A DNA stretch of 60,558 nucleotides, filler included, from Ranitomeya imitator (lineage: Eukaryota): the NCBI RefSeq assembly GCF_032444005.1. It is 5 parts of 4 records of this genome, joined end to end, with 100 filler letters (N's around TTAATTAATTAA, not from the genome) between each part and the next. Parts side by side here need not be neighbours in the genome. Positions count along the whole stretch, not along the records: positions 37,468 to 60,558 come from NC_091285.1; 4 more parts are not named here. One strand, written 5' to 3'. The position numbers and the translations under genes were made by a program. Position 1 is the stretch's first letter; each line of letters begins with the position of its first letter. Below, piece by piece: positions 46,383 through 57,620 of the stretch. The notes beneath the pieces were generated by a model. It ran no database searches and was not told where the DNA came from. It saw only the letters and a list, made by a program, of their open reading frames with translations.

Positions 46383-47528
46383 AGGTAGAGAGTTCCAGAG
46401 TAGGGGGGATACGCGAGAGAAATCTTGTATACGATTGTGGGAAGAGGAGATAAGAGGGGAGCAGAGAAGGAGATCTTGTGAGGATCAGAGGTTGCGGGTA
46501 GGTAAGTACCGGGAGACGAGGTCACAGATGTATGGAGGACACAGGTTGTGGATGGTTTTGTATGTCACGGTTAGGGTTTTGTACTGGAGTCTCTGGGCAA
46601 TGGGGAGCCAGTGAAGGGATTGACAGAGGGGAGAGGCCGGGGAATAGCGGGGGGACAGGTGGATTAGTCGGGCAGCAGAGTTTAGAATAGATTGGAGGGG
46701 TGCGAGAGTGTTAGAGGGGAGGCCACAGAGCAGGAGGTTACAGTAGTCGAGGCGGGAGATGATGAGGGCATGGACTAGGGTTTTTGCAGATTCTTGGTTG
46801 AGGAATGAACGGATTTGTGAAATATTTTTGAGTTGAACTCGGCAGGAAGTGGAAAGGGCTTGGATATGTGGTTTGCAGAAAAGATCAGCATCAAGGATTA
46901 CCCCGAGGCAGCGACATTGTGGGACTGGGGAGAGTGGGCAGCCATTTACTGTAATGGATAGGTTCCTTGGGGGGGTCACGTGAGATGGGGGAAAGATGAT
47001 GAATTCTGTTTTGTCCATGTTAAGTTTCAGAAATGTAGCGGAGAAGAAGGATGAAATAGTGGACAGACATTGAGGGATTCTGGTTAGTAGGGAGGTGATA
47101 TCTGGTCCAGAGATGTAGATCTGTGTGTCATCAGTATAGAGATGATACTGAAAACCGTGAGATTCTATGAGCTGTCCCAGGCCAAAGGTGTAAATGGAGA
47201 AGAGCAGGGGTCCTAGAACTGAACCTTGTGGGACTCCGACAGATAGGGGGCGAGGTGAGGAGGTGGTGTGTGAGTGGGAGACGCTGAATGTTTGGTCTGT
47301 TAGGTATGACGAGATCCAGGATAGGGCCAAGTCTGCGATGCCAAGGGATGAGAGGGTCCGCAGCACCAGGGAATGGTCCAGTGTGTCAAAGGCAGAGGAC
47401 AGGTCCAGGAGGAGGAGGAGAGAGTAGTGTCGCTTGCTCATGGCCGTTAATACGCCATTGGTGACCTTAGTAAGGGCAGTTTCGGTGGAGATAATACTCA
47501 TTTTCTTCCTGAAAATGATTGCAAACAC
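46383..47528 (-). mobile_element. L2-clade LINE RT fragment
   Basis: [61 protein letters not shown]. Truncated at both ends. Confidence 0.9.
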
Positions 47529-48449
47529 AAATAGTATGACAGTATTAATATGGCACTACATGATTGTATCATAACTTATGGAAAATCACATGTAAAAATG
47601 CCACCTAGGGTCCCGATATCCCTTTTGCCCACACGTCTGAGGGTCCTATAGATTATATTCAGCGCCTTATTCTAAGACATCAGGATTCGGGGCTGCATTT
47701 TCCTTCTCCGTTAGTCAGCATTACACATGGAGGAAACGGCACACTCACCGCCTTCCTCCACCCACTTCCTGACCAATTGTTCAGATATTTACACCGGTGA
47801 ACACAATAGTATAGTCATTTTGTGCCAGTAAATCCCTGGGAACCGCTTATGAGTTGTGCTCCGCCGCTCCATTATTCCTTCACGATACGGACTGGACGCT
47901 CGTTTTAGATATGTTTTAATTTTTTTTGGGGGGGGGGGTTTATTTGCGTTGTTTACTATCATGTCTCGCCATTTTTGGTCCCTAACCCGTCCATAGGTTC
48001 TTGGACAGTGTAAACATAACCATAGGTAAAACTATAAATGTATGTGACACCAGGTCACTCCCCACCACCAGAACCGTCACATTTACATCCCAAACGGTAG
48101 TTTTAGTTATTGACATAAGGACATAATTATGTTTAATGAGGTGATAAAACCGCTCTAATAATGGACGCCATTTATCAAAACTGTGTAACAGTCGTCTGTC
48201 TTTGTGGCCCCCTAGCAACCAATGAGAGCTCAACTTTGGTTTGTAAAAGTGCTCTGGTGAAATGAAAGCTGCGCTGTGATTGGTTGCTAGGGGTAACACA
48301 ACATTGTTTTGATAAATGAGGCCTAGTTGCTCAGTTTCAGGCCTCGGCAGCATTACTTCTCACGTTATTTTTTATATTTCAATTTGTGCTTTCCAAAAAT
48401 GGACAAAATACTTGATTGTATGAGCCATTTTGGAAATTTGTATTTTTAA

Positions 48450-49707
48450 CCCTTTCAAGTCGCGGCCCTTTTTGCGTTTTCGTTTTTCACTTCCCTCCTT
48501 CCCAGAGCCATAACTTTTTTATTTTTCCGTCAATATGGTCATGTGAGGGCTTAATTTTTGCGGGACGAGTTGTACTTTTGAACAACACCATTGGTTTTAC
48601 CATGTCTTTTACTAGAAAACGGGAAAAAAATTCCAAGTGCGGTGAAATTGCAAAAAAAGTGCAATCCCACACTTGTTTTTTGTTTGGCTTTTTTGCTAGG
48701 TTCATTAAATGCTAATACTAACCTGCCATTGTAATTCTCTAAGTCATTACGAGTTCATAGACATCTAACATGTCTAGGTTATTTTTTATCCAAGTGGTGA
48801 AAAAAAATTCAAAACTTTACTTAAAAAAAAAAAAGTGCCATTTTCCGATACCCGTAGCGTCTCCATTTTTCGTGATCTGGGGTCGGGTGAGGACTTATTT
48901 TTTGCGTGCCGAGCTGACGTTTTTAATGATACCATTTCGGTGCAGATACGTTCTTTTGATCACCTGTTATTGCATTTTAATGCAATGTTGCGGCGACCAA
49001 AAAAGCGTAATTCTGGCGTTTAGGATTTTTTTCTCGCTACGCTGTTTAGCAATCAGGTTAATGCTTTTTTTTATTGATAAATCGGGCGATTCTGAACGCA
49101 GCGATACCAAATACATGTAGGTTTTTGTTTTTTTTAATTGTTTTATTTAGGATGGGGCGAAAGGGGGGTGATTTAAACTTTTATATTTTTTATATTTTTT
49201 TCATATTTTTAAAAACATTTTTTTTTTACTTGTGCCATGCTTCAATAGCCTCCATGGGAGGCTAGAATCTAGCATAGCCTGATCGGCTCTGCTACATAGC
49301 AGGGATAATCAGATCGCTGCTATGTAGCTGAAATGCAGGTGTGCTGTGAGCCCGACCACAGGGGGCGCTCACAGCAGGCCGGCATCAGTAACCATAGAGG
49401 TCTCAAGGACCTCTATGGTTACCTTCCTGATGCATCGCCGACCCCCGATCATGTGACGGGGGTCGGCGATGACATCATTTCCGTCCGGAAGCGCCGGTTA
49501 AATGCCGCTGTCTGCGTTTGACAGCAGCATTTAACAGGTTAATAGCGGCGGGTGAATAGCGATTTCACCCGCCGCTATTGAGCGCACATGTCAGCTGTAC
49601 AAAACAGCTGACATGTCGCGACTTTGATGTGGGCTCACCGCCGGAGCCCACATCAAAGGGGGTGACACGGCATGCGCAGTAATAGTACGGCGCATGTCGT
49701 GAAAGGG
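48450..49707. mobile_element. Non-autonomous piggyBac-like DNA element (1258 bp)
   Basis: TTAA|CCCTTTCA...TGAAAGGG|TTAA, with no transposase ORF. Confidence 0.75.
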
Positions 49708-51160
49708 TTAATAGAAAGGAAGAGAGAAGTTTCAGTTAATTGAGTATCTGAAAATTAGGATTTTCTCCACTTTAATGTAATAGATATTCTATATAGCCCA
49801 CATGTAGCGTTAGATATCATTCATTGGTTATATCATGGTGCTTCCTAACAGTTAAACCGTGGTGTATCCATAATAACAATATGGCTGCCGTTGGAGACTT
49901 GTAAACCACCAGGACTTGTAAGTAAGCCACCTATGGAGGCTCCTGAGATCCTCATAAGTTGGGTATTTGGTAGATCGTTCCGCCGACACTCCTAAACATG
50001 GAAGCGCTTGCTCGGCCAAGAGCTCCTGTGACGTCTGAGTAGGCTGCCGGCTGACATGTTGGCCTGTGGCTTTTCTCACAGATCGGCAGTCTGAAATTGG
50101 ACGTACGCGGTCAGCATCTCCATTGGCAACATAGACCTTAAACCATCACCCAGCCTGTCAATATCAATGGGTTCAGTTGACTTTAGTCTCGTGTATGGGG
50201 GCCTTAATTCCTCCGCGCACGTTCAGCGTGTTTTTGCCCCTTGCGTGTGCATTCAGCCTGATGAAGGTCAGAATTAGGATATCAAGATAGCACTTGCCTT
50301 ACAAAGTGGGTGAGATAATAGAGGAGTAGGGAGGTGTGATGTTCAGATATGGTCACTATGCCAGCTGAGAGATGTTGGCAGAAAACCGCCCCGTAGTGTG
50401 ACACGTAAAGAAGCAGGCGAGCGTAAGTGCAATTAGGATCGTCCAGCTAGCAATAAGATCATAAAAGGTATTTTGGGGGCTAGGTGTTAAGTTTTAAAAC
50501 GCTGAAAGGCATTTTAAAAACAAAGTTGGAAAACCCCTTTAACGTAAATGTTGGTAGCTATAGTATAATGTCACTTTCTGCAAGGAATTAAATGGAGCGT
50601 GCAGCTGGTGCCAGTTACAACAATCTGACCATAACGCGGATCAAAAACAGACACACTTGAGTCACACTGTCCCCCAAAAATACGGACATGTCAACAGCGC
50701 CATAAATTATAATGGGTGCTTGTTTTATCTGGTAAAAACATGGATAAAACACGTAGGCGAAAAACAGACGTCTGAACAAGGCCTAAGGTTGACAGCTGCT
50801 TTTCTTGTAAAACATGCAACAGGCAAAGTCCATAAGATTTCTAGTTTTTTATGTTTTCTGGCAAACAGACTACAGGTTAGCAGGAAATCTAGTAATAGAG
50901 TATGAAGCACCAGAAAGGACGGTCTGTCTAGTAAAAAACTTACCTGTAAGGCCGGTTTCACACGTCCATGAAACATGGATTGTGCTTGACTCGGAGATCT
51001 TGGTCTGTCCGCTAGGCCACTTGGTATGAGGCAGGTATTCCAATCCAAGCACGTTTTTTTGCGTCACCGTTGTTTTTCTGTTCAGTCATAGGGGTTTCTG
51101 GGATTCTCAGTTCATGATTTATCTTTAAGGCCCCATACACATTAGACGAATCGAATGTAA

Positions 51161-51575
51161 GGGTACCGTCACACAGTGGCATTTTGATCGCTACGACGGC
51201 ACGATTTGTGACGTTCGAGCGATATATCCGTGACGTTCCAGCGATCTCGCTGTGTCTGACACGCTCCTGCGATCAGGGACCCTGCTGAGAATCGTACGTC
51301 GTAGCAGATCGTTTGAAACTTTCTTTCGTCGTCTAGTGTCCCGCTGTGGCGGCATGATCGCATGGTGTAACAAAGGTGTGCACGATATTGTATACGATGT
51401 GCGCATAGTAACCAACGGCTTCTACATCGCACATACGTCATGAAATTATCGCTCCAGCGTTGTACATTGCAAAGTGTGACTGCAGTCTACGACGCTGGAG
51501 CGATATTATTACGACGCTGGAGCGTCACGTATCGTGCCGTCGTAGCGATCAAAATGTCACTGTGTGACGGTACCC
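51161..51575. mobile_element. PIF/Harbinger MITE (415 bp), apparently nested in an older degenerate MITE (about 51129-51817)
   Basis: TAA|GGGTACCGTCACACAGTG.CATTTTGATCGCTACGACGGCACGAT...ATCGTGCCGTCGTAGCGATCAAAATG.CACTGTGTGACGGTACCC|TAA. Confidence 0.92.
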
Positions 51576-53059
51576 TAAGGTAGCTTTGACTCTCTCCAGA
51601 CAGATGATGTCGGGGGAGGTAAAGATCCCTCATGTCCCATTTCAGACTGCCAATCCTTTTGTTCTCTAATATAAAAGCCACTGCCACATGTGTTTGGCAG
51701 CGGCTTTCTCATAGAGAACCTAGAAGAGCTTGGACGAGCGAGCAAGTGGATGAGTCAGGTAAGATAGCTGCCTGCCGAACGATCATCCATCAGATATGTA
51801 AAGTGTATGAGGGGGCTTTAAAGAGGTCGTCTATCCTTAGGGTACAAATCTGTAGTCCCTCTATGTGACTACAGACGTGTGAATCCTCATAGAGCACGCT
51901 GCAACAATTTTCCAGTGAAGGCGCCAGGAGCAATTTGCACATTCCAACTAGACTTGTCCGGCCTGTGCAAGTCTAGTCTGCACATGTTCGAATGTATGCA
52001 AATCACATATGTGCTGTCACGCGCCCTCCGCTCCCAGCACTGGAGAATCTTCACAACGCTCATCGTGCGCGCAGTGAGGATTCACAAGTCTGCAGCCACA
52101 TAGGATACAAGTCTGCAGTCACTCTAAGGCCGGAAAAAAAACCCTTTTTTCTGAAAAGCATTATGTGTAAAACCAAGGTTGCTGCGTATTTCACTAGTGG
52201 CTTTGCATAGGCAAAATCTGTAGCGGGCTACAGTACCCTACAAGTAGATGAGACTTTGCTACTAAAATCCAAATACTAGGTGTTACAAAGCTAAGGATTT
52301 TAGAGTATTTTTTTTTATTATTATTTCTTTATAAATTTTCCATTATATATAATAATACAGCACAGGTAAAATCCCTCTTTGCTAATATACCGGTATCTTT
52401 ACTGTATAATTTGCATTTTTTTTCTATCTCCACATGTGTTTCGCTTTTCATATCATCTGTATGTCTTACTTAGACGGTTAAGACAGGAAGGAAGGATGCA
52501 ACATTCATTACTGCGGTCCAGGACGGCATTTTTTTTAGCTTAGAATAACAAGACCCTATATTAGTACAATCATCTGCTTACTTTCCTCTTTTATAATAGC
52601 ATCATGACCACAGAAACCCGACAGGGAGTGTCGAACATTGCATCAGGCAGGCATCTACATGTGAAACTTTACTAATACTTCAAGTGCTTCCTCCCTATTA
52701 CGACACGAGTCAATTTCACCAATAGATTAATGTATAGAATGTATACGATCTCCATCTCCGCAAATAATTTGCTATGTACGACTGTGAGCACAATTTATAT
52801 ATTCATACTTTTCCAGGTGGAGCAACAGAGGCATGGTAGACCCTCCAAAATCGTTATTTTATCAGTAATTGATTTTATTTTTTTTTACAATAATTGCCGA
52901 GGAGAAGGTGTTTGTGTTAACGTAAATTTGTGGCCTTAATCCTCCCCTCTTAAAATCTCAGTTTCGGCTTCCCCAACATACCGAGACACAAGAATTCTTA
53001 AATCTCTGACTTCTGGGAGGTAGTCTTTTTTTTCTTGAAGCCTTTCATACTTTCCCTAA

Positions 53060-53480
53060 AAAAAGATTTTCTGAAATTTTAGAAAGTTGCAGTAATCTAT
53101 TAAACGCTCTTCGAATGTCTTCGAAATGTGGTATTAGAGAAGGATGGTAACAATACTATGGATGGCGAGAAGAACAAACAAATTAATTTTGGAACAAATC
53201 AAGCCAGACATGCCACTTAAACCAAGGATCACCAAGCTATGACTTGTCTACTTTCGATCATACGAAAAGAGCAGTCAGTGGAGAAAGACATCGTGGTCAG
53301 AGGAATAGAAGGAACAAGGCAAAGAGGAAGACCAGCAACCTGATGGCTTGATACTATCAAGATAACGGTGGAGAAGACCCTGGTGGACCTATCTAGGCTT
53401 CCACAAGATCGATCTTCTTACAGATCGTTCATCCATCAGGTTGCCATGACTTGAGACCACCCTGAAGGCCATCAAGAAAA
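53060..53480 (+). mobile_element. RTE-clade LINE 3' fragment (degenerate)
   Basis: Broken frames read NVFEMW..RRMVTILWMARRTN..ILEQIKPD...IEGTRQRGRPA..WLDTI...QDRSSYRSFIHQVA, typical of the RTE C-terminus, followed by an A-rich end. Confidence 0.75.
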
Positions 53481-55860
53481 AAAGTAAACTCCTGTTATCA
53501 GATATTTTGTCTTGGAGAGGTCAACACTGAAGCCAGGGAGAATTTGGTTCCTCTGCACTCACTGTAATTTGCTCTTGAAGTTTCACAACTTTTTCTGAGG
53601 GGTCACATTTAGTCAGACAAACCTTGATCCAGCAGCAACTTGTTGACAGTTACACATTTACGGTGTAAATTGACGGTCGTTGAATATGAGACAGGTTCTA
53701 GCCTGTTTCCTTCTGTTTTTCTCAAGTCGATCAGCTGCTTCTAAGGCCAGTGGAATATTGTTATGTCGTGCGTTGACTTGCAGGATATTGATGAAACATT
53801 TCCACCTTACAAACCATAGATGTGGTCATGTATGGAAAATGCAAAGATCTGGGCACCAGTCCTCATGAAAGGATGCTAAAGGAAAGGTGTAAAGAAAAAG
53901 AGCCAGAAACCTGATTAGGGACATTGAAGATTTTTGCTAAAAAAGTGATTGTCCCGTAGTGGAGCCCGCATCTATCCCAGTTCCCTACTATCTGGAGAGG
54001 TGGCAGCTCAAACAGGACTAGATATTTGAGCCTTCGAAGATGCGATGACGAAGAATAAGAAGAGAAGCCTTCCGAGCCGAGACATCAGGACTTGCGTCAT
54101 CGATGCTCACACTCTCTACAAGACAGGAACTGACATTAATATTCATTACGAGCTGTCGACCTCCCGCTTTGTAGATCTGCAGCGCAGGCCCATAGATCCA
54201 GCGTGACAGCTCATAGAAATGAAGGAACTTGTAGGATTGTTTCATTACCCTGGTTTACATTCCTTATAATTGACGGGAAAAATGACGACGGTATCGATGA
54301 GAAATATTCCAAGTATGGCATTCGTACAGCCGGGTGACAACTACTAATAATGTGCTTTGTACTTAGTCATTCATGGTACATCTAAGGCCTAAATACTTGG
54401 GTTTCATGTTTAGAAGGTTTATATAAAGAAGTGGAACTGTGCCAAACCTGGTCCCAGAAGATGTCCACTATTTTCCATAATCAGTTGTGTATGATCAAAG
54501 TTTTTACTTGCCGAATTCAGATATTTGGCATTCAGGAGATCGATAGATGAGCCGGGGCCAGATAATGGAGGACTCTTTTGGAGGTCTGGTGGAGTTCACT
54601 GCTCAGTGGGTCAGAGATGGCGAGCTAGATAGTGTTAGGTAGGTGGTAGTAATCTCCTGGCTGTTCGGAGCTTTAATCTTCACGTGTTTCTCTGTGTAAA
54701 TGTACACTTATGCTATAAAGGAAAGTCCTGACCTTGGCCTAAGTCCAACCTTACTAGCTCTGCAGCTGTGAAGAGCGGTGACTCTAGTACCAGGTACCAC
54801 GTATCTATCTAATGTGTGTGTAAAACTGATCAGAAGAACGTCGGGTAAACACAAGAATATTGTTCTGTGTTGACCACAAACATCTCGTAGAGAATGTACC
54901 CATGATTAAATTGCTTGCGCAATGAACATAAGTTATCACTTGTCAACGAAAAAGTTGATAAGTTAGTGTGCGGTGGGGGTCAAATTGCTGGTGCAGCCCT
55001 ATATGAAATGAATGGAGCAGTGGTTGAGCTAGCTAACACACTGCTGCTCCATTCTGACAGGGAAAAGTGCCCTTGTGTGGGTCCCAGCGGTCAGACCCCC
55101 AACTATAAGTTATCACTGTACAACCCCTTTAACTTAAATAACTTTGTTCATGCGATAACAGATATACAGCGTTTTCTAAATCAAAATAATGCATCCTTAC
55201 CTCACTGCCAAGGTTTTTGACATGTAACGTGACAGTGCTCCGCGGTAAACCCCGTGACAGCATCCCATAGATATAAATGGAAAAAATGTAATACCTAATT
55301 TCTCCTGTGGGGGCAGTGCAGGAAAACGGAACACCTCTACTGTCAGGTTTCCGCAAAGATTAAAGCTGATTTCTGGAGGTCACAGCAGTGGGACTTTGTG
55401 ATCTAATCCCATAAATTCTGTCCTGAACTAAAATGGGGCCTGATTGCATTTTAAAAGGTGGCATCATTTCTCGATTTCGGAATGTAGGGTGTCATTTTAC
55501 AGTTCCCCTTTAAGGTAGACGTCGAACATCTGTTTGTTAATCGATGTATAAATGTTTGCATCTTGATATACATTCTGCTCGGCCTACACCGCAGGGTGTG
55601 TGTCCCCCTGAGCGGTGCGCAACAGGAATTTCTGGAAAGGCGAGTCCTACATAAAAAAAACCTTCCTGTCAGTATAATTTGTATGTCAGGATTAAGACAC
55701 ACATCCTCCCAGCTAAATGGTAAAGACTCCATGAATAGTTACCGGAATTGTGCAGTGGGGGGCGCTGCTTCTGATTAACCTTGTACTTGGGTTACGAATT
55801 GAGAAAGATTTGCGTGTAATTGTTGGGTATCAGCAGGGCACAGGTAGCAGTTTGCTTCTC

Positions 55861-56648
55861 TGTTGTGAATTCTGTTGTCGAACTCCCGCCTGTGGTCATG
55901 AATGGTACTTCGGCGAGTTCTGTCTATGGGCTCCCTCTGGTGGCTATGAGTGAAGCTGCTGCTTCTGAGGTTCCTTACACAGGTGACGGGGTTTATCCTT
56001 TGGTTGGCTTCTCTATTTAACTCCACTCGATCGTTACTCTATGCCAGCTGTCAATGTTTTAGCATTGGTTCAGTTCGCTCCTGGATCTGCCTGGTGACCT
56101 GTCTTCTCCTGCAGAAGCTAAGTTCCTTATTGTTATTTTTGCTCATTGTTTCTTTGTCCAGCTGGTTATCTTGATTTTGTCTTGCTAGCTGGAAGCTCTG
56201 GGATGCAGAGTGGCACCCCCTGCACCGTGAGTCGGTGCGGAGGACCCTTTTGCACACTCTGCGTGGTCTTTTGTAGGATTTTGTGCTGACCGCAAAGATT
56301 CCTTTCCTATCCTCTGTCTATTTAGTAAGTCTGGCCTCCCTTTGCTGAAACCTATTTCATTTCTGCGTTTGTGACTTTCATCTTTACTCACAGTCATTAT
56401 ATGTGGGGGGCTGCCTATTCCTTTGGGGAATTTCTCTGAGGCAAGGTAGGCTTTATTTTCTATCTCTAGGGCTAGATAGTTCTTAGGCTGTGACGAGGCG
56501 CCTAGGGAGCGTCAGGAGCGCTCCACGGCGATTTTTAGTGTGTGCGATAGGATTAGGGCTTGCGGTCAGCAGAGCTCCCACATCCCAGAGCTCGTCCTGT
56601 ATGAGTTTAACTATCAGGTCGGGTACTCCTAACCACCAGGTCATAACA
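55861..56648 (+). mobile_element. Solo LTR (788 bp) with 6-bp TSD CTTCTC, same family as 44869-45637
   Basis: TGTTGTGAA...GTCATAACA termini; CTTCTC at 55855-55860 and 56649-56654. Confidence 0.9.
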
Positions 56649-56959
56649 CTTCTCTAAGGGTGAGTGTACAGAACCTTAGAGAGTCTTAGAGTTTTTGAGG
56701 AATTTTGTCATGGATTCGGAGAGTTTCTTTTTCTTTAAAAAAACCCATAGATCCTTAGAACTGTGCTCTAAAATCCCCCATTAGAATAGACAGAGCGTTA
56801 TCTCCACTAGTCCCATAGAGAATGAGCGAAGCAATGGTGCAAATGTGCAACCAGCACTCCATTCTGATGGGTAATTTCAAAGCTCCATTCCGAAGGTTGG
56901 TGGAGGACTTGGTGGTGGAACAACCATCTTTACTTTATTCTTTAGACAGGTGATAACTT

Positions 56960-57620
56960 TTAGGGATCAGGCAGTTTGAATTTACCCGATCCATTTGTTA
57001 CACAGGTAGATGAGCTGCTACCAGGTAGGTCATTAGGGATAATTTTTAGAGATTGCAATAATTGCTTAAATTGTTTGAACCCTTAGTTTTCGTCAAATGT
57101 TTATGGGACCTCCCGTCTCTTCACCGACAGGTGATATTGGGACAAACAAGGATCAGGCAGCTTGAATTCAATCGCTTGAACCTTTTCTTCCCCAGGCAGA
57201 TAAACCGCTACCAGATAAGTCTTTGGTGATAATTTTTAGGGATAGTAATAATCCTTTTAAATTGGCTGAACCCTTAGTTTTCGTCAGGATCTCACAACCG
57301 TCAAATGTTTATGGGACCTCTCGTCTCTTCACCGACAGGTGATATTGGGACAAAGAAGGATCAGGCAGCTTGAATTCAATCGCTTGAACCTTTTCTTCCC
57401 CAGGCAGATAAACCGCTACCAGATAAGTCTTTGGTGATAATTTTTAGTCGTGGTAATAATCCTTTAAATTGGCTAAACCCTTAGGATCAGACAACCATCA
57501 AATGTTCATGAGACCTCCAGACTCTTCCATGACAGATGATATTGGGACAAAAGAAGGATGAGGCAGCTTAAATTCCATCGCTCTACGCTTTTCTTCCCAG
57601 AAATAAGCCGCTACTATATA
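56960..57620. repeat. ~200-bp tandem repeat, about 3 copies
   Basis: CAAATGTT(T/C)ATG(G/A)GACCT...GGTGATATTGGGACAAA.AAGGAT.AGGCAGCTT recurs near 57093, 57302 and 57500. Confidence 0.85.

Larger units (their letters stand above)
44140..47580. repeat. AT-rich satellite (units 181 bp, then 167-169 bp) interrupted by a solo LTR and an L2 fragment
   Basis: The AAAAAGTA(A/T)TGTG anchor occurs at 44153, 44334, 44515, 44684, 44851, 45793, 45960, 46128 and 46296. The array resumes briefly after 47530. Confidence 0.92.

Noticed and set aside
53920-54650. Coding-like composition suggestive of a decayed LTR-retrotransposon pol
   Set aside because: No recognisable RT, RNase H or integrase motif could be read in any frame.
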